DNA of 64,000 nucleotides from a bacterium (GTDB lineage: Bacteria > UBA8248): NCBI GenBank assembly GCA_965261085.1, contig OZ253442.1, positions 1,504,001 through 1,568,000 of the forward strand, read 5' to 3'. A model generated the notes under the pieces. That model saw only the letters and a program-made list of their open reading frames with translations. It was not told the DNA's origin and ran no database searches. Below, piece by piece: positions 1 to 8,755 of this stretch. The position numbers and the translations under genes are program-made. Each line of letters begins with the position of its first letter. The stretch's first letter is position 1.

Positions 1-589
1 CCAGGATGAGGACGCGCACTCCTGTCAGGATTTCCATGGATTTTTCCGGAATGGCGTTGCAATCCGTGGCGTAGGCGAAATCCCCTAATCGTAGGCCCAT
101 TACCTTCATGCCCGCGTGTTCGAGTTCGAAGGGGATGATGTTCATGTCGGCCGCCCCGAAAGCAGAGTCTCCAATCTCCGCCAGCGTGAGTTGTGGTTTG
201 AAGCCGCTGTAGTTCCTCGCGTCATTGAAAATGTAACTGAAGTTCTGGCGGAGAATCTTCACCGTATTGGGATAGGCATAGCAGGGAATCGGCTTTCTCA
301 TCAGGAAATTAAAGGCGCGCAAATCGTCGATGCCGTGGGTATGGTCCGCATGATAGTGAGTGTAGACCACGGCATCCACTCGGGTGATCTGGTGCCTGAG
401 CGCCTGTTCACGCAAATCGGGGCCCGTATCCACCAGCAGGTTACGTCCATTGTGCTCGATGATGATGCTCGGGCGCAGCCGCTTGTTTCTGGGATCATCC
501 GAAAGACATGCGGCGGTCGTGCACCCGATAGAAGGAACGCCGGTGGAAGTGCCGCAGCCCAAAACGGTGACCCGAGCGCGCGAACTCAT
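1..589 (-). CDS. MBL-fold metallo-hydrolase, PhnP/YycJ-like (partial, runs off the window start)
   Basis: Not in the ORF track. Manual translation from ATG at 589 gives MSSRARVTVLGCGTSTGVPSIGC...RNKRLRPS and a THYHADHTHGIDDLR metal motif. The start overlaps the ltaE stop (ATGA). Confidence 0.85.
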   Translation of the reverse strand, partial: MSSRARVTVLGCGTSTGVPSIGCTTAACLSDDPRNKRLRPSIIIEHNGRNLLVDTGPDLREQALRHQITRVDAVVYTHYHADHTHGIDDLRAFNFLMRKPIPCYAYPNTVKILRQNFSYIFNDARNYSGFKPQLTLAEIGDSAFGAADMNIIPFELEHAGMKVMGLRLGDFAYATDCNAIPEKSMEILTGVRVLIL

Positions 590-1650
590 CTCACCGAATC
601 CGCCAAAACCTGAGCGGCGGTTTGCACGCCTTCCCTCGAGACGTCCAGATGGGTGACGGCGCGAAGCATTTTCGCGTTCGGAACGGAGAAGGCGACGCCT
701 TTGTCCATCGCCGTCTCATTGATTTGATGCGCCGTCTTGCCGCTCTCCGAGACGTCCAGGAACACGAGATTGGTGGGCGTCGTATCGTGGACGGGTCGAA
801 CGCCCGGAATGCCGGCTGTGAGTTCGGAAAAAAGCTGGGCGTTGGCGTGGTCATCCGCCAGGCGCTCCACATGGTGGTCCAGGGCGTAGAGACCTGCGGC
901 GGCGAGAATGCCCGCTTGGCGCCAGCCGGCGCCCCACATTTTTCGGTACCGGCGCGCTTCTTGAATGAACGCTTCTTCCCCGAGCAGGATGGAACCCACG
1001 GGGCAGCCCAATCCCTTGGAGAGGCAAAAGCATATCGAATCGCAGCGCCTAGCCCATTCCTGCGGGGGAATGCAGGAGGCGACGATGGCGTTGAAGATGC
1101 GGGCGCCGTCGATATGAAGAGGGATGTTCTGCTCTTTTGAAAAAGCGCGCAGTTCATCGAGTTGATCCAGCGGGAAAACATGGCCGCCGCCCTGGTTGTG
1201 CGTGTTCTCCACCCAGAGCAGAGTGCTTTTCGGGTACCCCCCCTTGGGGCGGAGCCATTCTTCGGCGTCTTCCCGAGCGTATGCCCCGCGATTCGCCGAA
1301 ATCAGGGCGAATTGAACCCCGGATAAAAAGGCGCTGGCGCCCAGTTCGTTTCTAAAGGGATGACAATGGGAATCGGCGATGATTTCATCGCCCGGGTTCG
1401 TGTGGACCTTGATGGCCAGTTGATTGGCCAGCGAGCCCGAAGGTACGAAAATGCCGTCTTCCTTGCCGAACAGGGCAGTCGCCTTTTCGATGAGTTCGTT
1501 GACGCTCGGGTCCTCTCCGAGCATATCATCGCCCACGAGGGCCTCGGCGATGGCCTCGCGCATCGCTTGTGTGGGGCGTGTGGCCGTATCGCTTCTGAGA
1601 TCGATGAGATGAGGGGACAAAGAGTAGACCTCCCGGGTTCCGGCCCCCAT
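586..1650 (-). CDS. ltaE: Low-specificity L-threonine aldolase (PLP)
   Basis: IDLRSDT, ENTHN, HIDGARIFNA, CLSKGLGCPVGS and GWRQAG motifs. The true start may be slightly downstream. Confidence 0.92.
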   Translation of the reverse strand: MGAGTREVYSLSPHLIDLRSDTATRPTQAMREAIAEALVGDDMLGEDPSVNELIEKATALFGKEDGIFVPSGSLANQLAIKVHTNPGDEIIADSHCHPFRNELGASAFLSGVQFALISANRGAYAREDAEEWLRPKGGYPKSTLLWVENTHNQGGGHVFPLDQLDELRAFSKEQNIPLHIDGARIFNAIVASCIPPQEWARRCDSICFCLSKGLGCPVGSILLGEEAFIQEARRYRKMWGAGWRQAGILAAAGLYALDHHVERLADDHANAQLFSELTAGIPGVRPVHDTTPTNLVFLDVSESGKTAHQINETAMDKGVAFSVPNAKMLRAVTHLDVSREGVQTAAQVLADSVR

Positions 1651-1796
1651 CTCCGGGAGTCGGAACCCATGAATTGGATTTGTTTTACGTTCGTTAGCGG
1701 AGAGTATATTTGCACAATCGCAAGTGATTTGCCAAATTATTGCCCTGTCATTTTAGGCTTTCACAATCTTCACTGACGCCCAGAGATTGAACCGAC

Positions 1797-2930
1797 ATGC
1801 CGAATACCGATAGACCTCCTGATTTCGAGGACGATTTCTTCAGGCGCGCAAGGGCGTATCAGATGCGGCGTCTGTATGTGGGATTGGCGTCCTCCACTGT
1901 GGAATTCGGTGTCGTGCTCACGTTTTTGTTCTGCTATCTGAGCGCGGAGGCCGCAAAGCCGGCGGACGGCGTGTTCGTGAGCGGATTTGTTGCTTTCTCC
2001 CTCATCGCCGTCTCGAAAACGCTGGTTTCTTTACCCTTCGACTTTTACAGCGGCTACGTGCTCGCCCACCGGGAAAATCTGTCCAATCAATCGATGGCGG
2101 GTTGGGTGTGGGACAGATGCAAGGGGGCAGCGCTTTTGCTGCTGTTGGGTGGCGCGGCCAGCGGTGGTTTCCTGATGATCATGGCCGCGTGGCCGGAGCG
2201 TTGGTGGTGGATAGCGGCGCTGGCTTCGTTTCTGTTGCTCGTTTTCATCTCCCTGATCGCCCCCGTGCTGCTCGCGCCCATTTTCTTCCGCTTCAAGCCC
2301 TTGGCGGATGAAAACCTCAAAGAGCGGCTCCTCGCCTTGCTGGAGAGGACAAAGGCGAGAGTATACGGCGGCGTGTGGGAGATGGAGATGAGTTCGAAGA
2401 GCAAGACGGCGAACGCCGCCCTGGTCGGTTGGGGGCCGTCCCGGCGGGTAGTTCTCTCGGATACGCTGCTTGATTTCACGCCCGATGAAATCGAGGCGAT
2501 CCTCGCCCATGAAATCGCGCATCACGTGGGTCGTCATATCCCGGCCCTCATCGCCATGAAAGGCATCACTCTGGCTATTGCCATGTATTTCTCCCGCCAC
2601 GCGCTCGAATGGATCGGAGAATGGGTGAACCCCGCTCTCGTGCAGCCGGGGGAGCCTGCCTGCGTCGTGGTTTTGTGGGTTGTCTTGAGCCTCATGGGAG
2701 CGGTCGTGTCTCCTATGCTTCTGGCGGTTTCACGCAAACTCGAACACCGCTGCGATCACTATTCCACCGAGCATGCGCGGGTGCGAGGCGGTTTGGCCTC
2801 CGCTCTCATGAAGTTATGCAGACAAAACCTGACGGACCCCAATCCGCCCGGCTGGGTGGTTGCGCTCTTTCATTCGCATCCCTCGGTTCGCGATCGGTTG
2901 GCCAAAATTGAATCCTGGGAGAGGGCCTAG
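1797..2930 (+). CDS. M48 family (Ste24-like) membrane zinc metalloprotease
   Basis: Several hydrophobic helices, ANAA, LSDTLL, HEIAH zinc motif, C-terminal HSHP..RL. Confidence 0.9.
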   Translation: MPNTDRPPDFEDDFFRRARAYQMRRLYVGLASSTVEFGVVLTFLFCYLSAEAAKPADGVFVSGFVAFSLIAVSKTLVSLPFDFYSGYVLAHRENLSNQSMAGWVWDRCKGAALLLLLGGAASGGFLMIMAAWPERWWWIAALASFLLLVFISLIAPVLLAPIFFRFKPLADENLKERLLALLERTKARVYGGVWEMEMSSKSKTANAALVGWGPSRRVVLSDTLLDFTPDEIEAILAHEIAHHVGRHIPALIAMKGITLAIAMYFSRHALEWIGEWVNPALVQPGEPACVVVLWVVLSLMGAVVSPMLLAVSRKLEHRCDHYSTEHARVRGGLASALMKLCRQNLTDPNPPGWVVALFHSHPSVRDRLAKIESWERA

Positions 2931-2943
2931 GCGGTCTTTTGAC

Positions 2944-3864
2944 TCAGCGCGGTTTGCGTATTTTCTTGATGAAGGGGATGACCCAATTTCCAATGTCGGG
3001 ATGTGTGAGTGATTCGAACGGGCCCTGGTTTTTTATTCTTTGCAGTTTCACATTCCCGCCTTTTGTCTCGATGGCGTTTAGAAAAGCCTCTGCGCCGCTG
3101 AGCGGATAGGGCCCTCCTTGGCTGTGGAGAAGCAGAACCGGGGCTTTTATCTTGCCCGCCACCCGGATGGGGGAGCGCTCTCGGTAGGCTTTCCCTGTTT
3201 GAGCGGGTAGACCTCCGAGCAGCGCGCTTATTCTGCTCTTCTGTTTTTGGGATAAGAGCGCGTAGGTTTTCTCCAGGTCATAAAACCCGTTTACCAAGAT
3301 TAGGCCCGAAATATTCGCGCTCCGGGCGGCTGAGAGGGCGGCTACCGAAGCCCCTTGTCCGATGCCGTAGACGAAAATGCCGTCTTTATTGACGTTCTCC
3401 CTGTCTCTTAAATAACGGACTGCGCCCAGGGCGGCTTCCACGCTTTTAGGTCCGGCGAAATCCTCTGGCCCGGTCGATGCGCCGAAACCGGGCAGCGAGA
3501 TGCTCATGAGGAAGAAATCATCTTGTACGTGGTTCAGCATGGCGCGTCTGAATCGTTGGGCCCGGGCGTCAGCTCCGTGGAGGAGGAGTATCGCCGGGTA
3601 GCGTTTTTCAGGAGATGACCCTCCGCCGGGGGGTCGGACGGCGTAAGCCTCCACGCGCCCCCAGGCGAATTCCATGAACCATTCCCGAATCACCTCGCCG
3701 CGGGCGGTTTTCGTCTCATGGTCCACGGCGCAGCCGACGAGCAATAATGTGGTCATCAAGAGAAAAAACAAGTCGAGGAAGATATTTTTCGAGATTTTAT
3801 TCAAGATCACGTCGGGTCCTTTTCGTCTTTGCGGATGCTGCCCGCAAAGGTTTTCGTCAATCAA
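2944..3864 (-). CDS. Alpha/beta-hydrolase fold lipoprotein (S9-like), apparently degenerate catalytic triad; start uncertain
   Basis: Lipobox LLLVGC, PAILLLHG, SLPGFGAS and RERSPI...IKAPVLLLH. The nucleophile elbow reads GIGQG instead of GxSxG. Confidence 0.75.
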   Translation of the reverse strand: MIDENLCGQHPQRRKGPDVILNKISKNIFLDLFFLLMTTLLLVGCAVDHETKTARGEVIREWFMEFAWGRVEAYAVRPPGGGSSPEKRYPAILLLHGADARAQRFRRAMLNHVQDDFFLMSISLPGFGASTGPEDFAGPKSVEAALGAVRYLRDRENVNKDGIFVYGIGQGASVAALSAARSANISGLILVNGFYDLEKTYALLSQKQKSRISALLGGLPAQTGKAYRERSPIRVAGKIKAPVLLLHSQGGPYPLSGAEAFLNAIETKGGNVKLQRIKNQGPFESLTHPDIGNWVIPFIKKIRKPR

Positions 3865-3942
3865 GAGTGAATGAAAAATATAAAAAATGACATCTTAACA
3901 TACTGATATGATGGCGCTAGACATACCAGCAAGAAAAAAGAG

Positions 3943-3971
3943 TTGTATTTTTCTAATTTACGTATTATATT
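3943..3971 (+). promoter_or_regulatory. Putative sigma70 promoter
   Basis: TTGTAT-N17-TATATT in an AT-rich intergenic stretch upstream of the small ORF at 4128. Confidence 0.4.
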
Positions 3972-4030
3972 CGTATTTTGAGGGGACGTAAAAATTCTTC
4001 GTTTAGTAACAAACATTTAACGTACTTTTA

Positions 4031-4077
4031 ACACAAAATATAGTGCGTAAAAATTAAATATGCACTATATATAGATT
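4031..4077. promoter_or_regulatory. Tandem NrdR-box-like operator
   Basis: ACACAAAATATAGTGC (4031-4046) and GCACTATATATAGATT (4062-4077) match acaCwAtATaTwGtgt, 31 bp start to start. Confidence 0.65.
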
Positions 4078-4127
4078 AAGAAAGTAATTCACCCCTTTTG
4101 AAAAGGGGGCAGGAAAGGAGGCCCGTC

Positions 4128-4349
4128 ATGGCGATGAGAACTCAAAGACCCGGACACAAGACGAATGGGACGAGCCGGACTTCGAAGCGCATTCACCAAG
4201 CTTGCATGCGGAATCTCGCCCTCTACCTGCAAGGCCAAATCTCTTATGAGGATTGGCAGACTCGACAAGAGGAACTCGAATCGAGGCTTGCGCCCGCACC
4301 CGAGCTTCCCTTTGGTACGTGTGATCCCAAAACCCCCGAGGCCGCCTGA
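4128..4349 (+). CDS. Hypothetical small protein (73 aa)
   Basis: ATG at 4128 follows a strong AAGGAGG Shine-Dalgarno. Helical-looking core RNLALYLQGQISYEDWQTRQEEL. Confidence 0.55.
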   Translation: MAMRTQRPGHKTNGTSRTSKRIHQACMRNLALYLQGQISYEDWQTRQEELESRLAPAPELPFGTCDPKTPEAA

Positions 4350-4590
4350 TCCCTCCCTCGTTTGGGCATAACGGCCCAGGCAAGCGCATCGCTTCTCCCT
4401 GATGCGCCTACGCCGCTTTCTCCGCTCGGTCCTGCTATGCAGCGGGGCATCACCCGTAGGCGGCATGAGGGATGGGGAGAATTTGAAATTCATTTTTCTC
4501 CCCTCGTCCATGTGGCAACGAACCAAGGTTGAGATTCCGTCGGACGGATGGCATGGCGCAAACGGTTGAAAATCTTTATTTGTTTATCCC

Positions 4591-4619
4591 TTGCGTTTAT
4601 TGTTGATAACTGGTAGAGT
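4591..4619 (+). promoter_or_regulatory. Putative sigma70 promoter of the cold-shock gene (implies a long 5' UTR)
   Basis: TTGCGT-N17-TAGAGT with a TG extension, about 130 nt upstream of the csp start. Confidence 0.5.
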
Positions 4620-4752
4620 CTAATATCTTTTCTCGCAATAGGTGTGGGAAAAAGTATTGTGGGTATGCAGGACGAATGAAGATTCCCTTCCAAGAGATGC
4701 TCCATTCATCGTTACATTCCCCCAGTTCAATCTCTTTTTTTTGAGGAAGTGT

Positions 4753-4956
4753 ATGTCAACAGGAACAGTGAAGTGGTTCAACGATGCAAAAGGGTATGGT
4801 TTCATCACTCCCGAGGATGGTGGTGAGGATCTGTTTGTCCACCACACGGCCATCCAGGCGGAAGGATTCAAATCCTTGAGCGAGGACGATCAGGTGTCGT
4901 TCGAAGTCGCCCAGGGCCCCAAAGGGCTCCAGGCGCAAAACGTCGTCAAGCTCTAG
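4753..4956 (+). CDS. cspA: Cold-shock protein (CspA family)
   Basis: [18 protein letters not shown]...DLFVH...[10 protein letters not shown], with a GAGGAAG RBS upstream. Confidence 0.96.
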   Translation: MSTGTVKWFNDAKGYGFITPEDGGEDLFVHHTAIQAEGFKSLSEDDQVSFEVAQGPKGLQAQNVVKL

Positions 4957-4973
4957 CACATCACACGGCGTTT

Positions 4974-5013
4974 AAAAAAGCGGTGGTCGGTTTCCGGCCA
5001 CCGCTTTTTTTTT
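4974..5013. terminator. Rho-independent terminator, bidirectional shape
   Basis: AAAAAAGCGGTGGTCGG-TTT-CCGGCCACCGC followed by a T-tract, directly after the csp stop. Confidence 0.85.
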
Positions 5014-5089
5014 CGCCTCGGGCTTTCCCGTCTTCTCCCTCCCAAGGTAATCTGCGCCTGGTTTTTTTCCCAAAAAGAGGATTTTTTCG

Positions 5090-7129
5090 ATGAAGCGCCC
5101 AGCGCTCGAGATGAGAAGAAACATCGGCATCATCTCCCACATCGACGCCGGCAAGACGACGACCACCGAACGCATGCTGTACTACTCGGGGGCCGTGCAC
5201 CGGATCGGTGAGGTGGACGAAGGTTCGGCCACCATGGACTGGATGAGTCAGGAACGCGAGCGCGGCATCACCATCACCTCCGCGGCCATCACCACCACCT
5301 GGGCGGATCATGAAATCACCATCATCGACACGCCCGGCCACGTAGATTTTACGATCGAGGTGGAAAGAAGTTTGCGCGTACTTGATGGCGCGATAGCGAT
5401 TTTCAGCGCGGTGGAAGGCGTCGAGCCGCAGAGTGAGACAGTCTGGCGCCAGGCGGATAAATTCCGAGTACCGAGGCTCGCCTTCATCAACAAGCTGGAT
5501 CGCCTGGGCGCTGATTTCGAGAGAACCGTCGAGATGATGGTCGAAAAATTAAGGGCCAGGCCCGTGCTGATGCACTGGCCAGATGGGGAGGGTGAGGGGT
5601 ATACGGGCCAGGTGGAGGTGCTGAGCGGGGATTTTCTCACCTGGGAGAGTGGAGAACCCCACCGGAGCGAACCCGCCGGAGCGCTCAAGGAAAAAGCGGC
5701 GGAGTTGAAAGAAGCTCTCATCGAAGCGGTGGCGGATCATGACGAGTCCGTGATGGAGGAGTATCTGGAAGGAAGCGCCATTGACACCGAAGCGCTCAAG
5801 GAGGGGTTGAGGCGCGCCGTGCTCGCGGGCGAACTCGTGCCCGTTTTTTGCGGCTCGTCCTTGAAGAATAAAGGGATGGAACCCCTACTGGACGCCGTGG
5901 TGGATTATCTGCCGTCTCCGGTGGATGCGCCGTCCGCGAGCGGTTTCCCTCCCGGAGAGGAAAACCCCATCACCCGTCCGCCCACAGAGGATGCACCTTT
6001 CTCCGCCCTGGTCTTCAAGGTGCAAATCGATGAGGGTAGGCGGCTCACCTACCTGCGGGTCTATAGCGGCGCGGCCAGGGTGGGGGACAGTCTCTGGAAC
6101 CCCGCAAGGGGAGACAGCGAGCGTTTTGCCCGGCTGTTCAGGATGTATTCTCACAAGCGTGAGCGTCTCGACGCCGTGGGGCCGGGGGATATCGTCGCGG
6201 CGGCCGGGATGAAGGAAGCCGTGACGGGCGATACGCTTTGCGACCGGCAAGAGCCGATAGCTTTCGAGTCGATTCTCGCGCCCCAGCCCGTTATCTCGGT
6301 GGCGATTGAGCCCAGAGACGCCACAGGGACCAAAAAACTGGGCGAGACCCTGGCGAAACTCCAGGTGGAAGACCCCACATTTCAGGTGCGGGTGGATTCC
6401 GAATCCGGCCAGACGGTGATGAGCGGCATGGGTGAACTGCATCTTGATGTGCTCACGCGCCGGATAGATGAGGATTTCGGCGTGAACGTCCGGGTAGGTA
6501 CGCCTCGTGTGGTCTACCGGGAAACGCTCGCGAGAGAAGCCGACGCGGAGTTCACCTTCGACAGGGAGTTTGCGGGTGAACCTCAATTCGCACGGGTGCG
6601 CGTGGGCGTGGCTCCCCTGCCCGGCGTAGGCGTATCGTGTGAGAGCGCGATAAATAACCCCGCTATACCTGAGAATTTAATCGCCGCCGCGCTTGGGTCA
6701 CTCAAAGCGTCTACCTCGAGCGGCGCCATGGCGGGCTATGAGATGACCGATGTGGGTATTACCTTGCTTGAGGCGTACTACGACGCCGAGCGCGCCACGG
6801 AGGCCGCCTTTTCCATCGCGGCGGCGAACGCCTTCACGGAAGCCTGCCGCAAGGCGGGCGGGCAGCTTCTGGAACCCATCATGTCGGTGGAGGTCGTGGC
6901 GCCCAGTGAATTTCTGGGCGGGGTCATCGGCGATATCAACGCGCGTGACGGAAAGGTGTCCGGCGTGGAAGAGCGTGGCGGCGCGTTGCCGATGAGCGTC
7001 GTCCGGGCCTCGGTGCCCCTCGCCAAGGTGTTCGGTTACGCCACCGCCCTTCGTTCCGCCACCCAGGGCCGCGCCACCTACACCATGCGTTTTTCGCACT
7101 ACGCCCCCTGCGAGATAGCGGGGGTGTAG
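5090..7129 (+). CDS. fusA: Elongation factor G paralog (stand-alone EF-G)
   Basis: RNIGIISHIDAGKTT, ERERGITITSA, DTPGHVDF, NKLD, GMGELHL, LLEPIM and LRSATQGRA. Not in an rpsL-rpsG-tuf context. Confidence 0.92.
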   Translation: MKRPALEMRRNIGIISHIDAGKTTTTERMLYYSGAVHRIGEVDEGSATMDWMSQERERGITITSAAITTTWADHEITIIDTPGHVDFTIEVERSLRVLDGAIAIFSAVEGVEPQSETVWRQADKFRVPRLAFINKLDRLGADFERTVEMMVEKLRARPVLMHWPDGEGEGYTGQVEVLSGDFLTWESGEPHRSEPAGALKEKAAELKEALIEAVADHDESVMEEYLEGSAIDTEALKEGLRRAVLAGELVPVFCGSSLKNKGMEPLLDAVVDYLPSPVDAPSASGFPPGEENPITRPPTEDAPFSALVFKVQIDEGRRLTYLRVYSGAARVGDSLWNPARGDSERFARLFRMYSHKRERLDAVGPGDIVAAAGMKEAVTGDTLCDRQEPIAFESILAPQPVISVAIEPRDATGTKKLGETLAKLQVEDPTFQVRVDSESGQTVMSGMGELHLDVLTRRIDEDFGVNVRVGTPRVVYRETLAREADAEFTFDREFAGEPQFARVRVGVAPLPGVGVSCESAINNPAIPENLIAAALGSLKASTSSGAMAGYEMTDVGITLLEAYYDAERATEAAFSIAAANAFTEACRKAGGQLLEPIMSVEVVAPSEFLGGVIGDINARDGKVSGVEERGGALPMSVVRASVPLAKVFGYATALRSATQGRATYTMRFSHYAPCEIAGV

Positions 7130-7342
7130 ATTTTTTTCGCGGCGAAAATTTTCTGTATCAGTCCGAATTTCAGGCCCGGTTCCCATCCGGCCTCCTGCCA
7201 TCGCGAGGCGTACGATACGGCCAACCCGAAATTCTACACGTTCGTTTTGGGCGGCTCTTTGCGGCCTTGCACAAGAGATTTTAGGAGATGTATCTGCTAC
7301 CTTCGCCGTTTTAAGTTTTGTCGATGGGAAGGCGTATCCTGA

Positions 7343-8224
7343 ATGACCACCACCACCCTCTCGGTTCTCTTCTCACTGTCAACCGCCGTCGTGGTCGGCT
7401 CCTTCACCCTCTTCGTGAGAAGTGGGCAGCGGCACGCGAATGCGGTATCGGGCGTTCTCATCGGGATTATCGTGTCTTTCCCACCACTACTCGTGGTAGC
7501 GATATGGACCTGGGAGCCCACCCACTACCAGCCCTTGGCCTGGTTTTTTTTCGCGCTGGCCGGAGTGATGGGCCCCGCCGTGGGAAGGGTGTGTTTCTTT
7601 CATTCCATTCATCTGATAGGCGTGGCGCGCGCGGTGCCGCTCAATTCCACCATGCCGCTTTTCTCGGCGATAATCGGCATCCTCATTCTGGGCGAAAGAC
7701 CGGGAGTGTACACCCTGGCCGGCACGGTGTTCATCGTTTTAGGGTGCGTGGGAATTACCTCGAAAAGGGGAGAGCCCCGGTCCATCCGGAAAGAATACCT
7801 CCTCGTCGCCCTCGGCAGCGTGGTTTTTTTCTCCATCTCGCACATGCTGCGCAAGCTGGGCGTCGGCCCGGCGCCCAACCCGTTTGTGGGTATATCGATC
7901 ATGAGCGTCTCGGGCGGGATATCCCTGTATGTTTTCGGGCAATATCTGCCCCCGGGCTTGCGGCCCTCCTTGGTCGTGAAAAAAGCCTGGGTGACGTACA
8001 GCATCGGCGGCTCGCTGAACGCCCTCTCGGTTCTTCTGCATCTTTATGGCCTGCGCTATGGCGACCTCACCATCGTCATTCCGCTCTCCGCCACCGCGCC
8101 CCTGTGGGCGCTGCTGCTCACGGCCATATTTTTGCGGAAAATAGAGCGAATCACCTGGCCGATTCTCCTGGGCACGCTGGCGGTGGTGGTAGGCGGGGCC
8201 CTGGTGGCCGGCCGCGCGCTCTGA
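7343..8224 (+). CDS. EamA/DMT family transporter
   Basis: About 10 hydrophobic helices, two EamA repeats, LGER and ERIT motifs. Confidence 0.88.
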   Translation: MTTTTLSVLFSLSTAVVVGSFTLFVRSGQRHANAVSGVLIGIIVSFPPLLVVAIWTWEPTHYQPLAWFFFALAGVMGPAVGRVCFFHSIHLIGVARAVPLNSTMPLFSAIIGILILGERPGVYTLAGTVFIVLGCVGITSKRGEPRSIRKEYLLVALGSVVFFSISHMLRKLGVGPAPNPFVGISIMSVSGGISLYVFGQYLPPGLRPSLVVKKAWVTYSIGGSLNALSVLLHLYGLRYGDLTIVIPLSATAPLWALLLTAIFLRKIERITWPILLGTLAVVVGGALVAGRAL

Positions 8225-8358
8225 CGAAGCGGGGTCCGATCTGTTCTGCTATAGTGGAGCCGGTTTCAGTTTTTTTCCGCTACGTCGCCAATCTATCATT
8301 TCCCATGGCAGGCAAAGAAGATGCATCCCTGCGAGGATTATTTCGGGGAGGAGTGGAT

Positions 8359-8742
8359 ATGAAATTCATTGGCAGGTTTTTTTGTGTTTTTGTGCTGATT
8401 GCCCTTTTTCAGGCGGTTCCCGTCCAGAGCGCGGAGATGAGCGGCATCACCCTCCATATCGCAGGAGGGAGGCTCAAAGGGGATAAAAATGTAGTTCGCC
8501 TAAAACAAGGCGACAAGGTGAAGCTCAATCTGATGGCCGATCAAACCACCGAAATCCATCTCCACGGCTATGATATCGAAAAAACCGTTTCGCCGGGCCG
8601 GGCGGTCGTAATGGAGTTTCAGGCCAGGGTTGCGGGTCGGTTTCCCGTAACGGTGCACGGATCTCACTCCCACGGGCGCAAAAAAAGAAAAAGCGGTGGC
8701 CATGGCGAGTAGGTGTTGTTCTACCTGGAGGTGCATCCATGA
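8359..8742 (+). CDS. Exported cupredoxin-like His-rich protein with an in-frame TAG at 8710-8712
   Basis: GGAGGAG RBS, signal peptide, VVRLKQGDKV...EIHLHGYD...AGRFPV.VH. The frame continues past TAG as VLFYLEVHP-TGA. Confidence 0.7.
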
Positions 8743-8755
8743 CGGGGGTGATTCC

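Noticed and set aside
1-589. C-P lyase phosphonate operon (phnP-like plus phnA)
   Set aside because: The two genes are 57 kb apart, phnG-M are absent, and PhnP-like MBL hydrolases are common housekeeping enzymes.
7318-8712. 464-aa ORF in the track
   Set aside because: It is an off-frame shadow of the EamA gene fused to the real cupredoxin, which starts at 8359 after its own RBS.
8710-8712. Genome-wide amber recoding or pyrrolysine
   Set aside because: Conserved genes (csp, fusA, acs, dtd) end at TAG at their expected C-termini, and no pyl genes are in the window.
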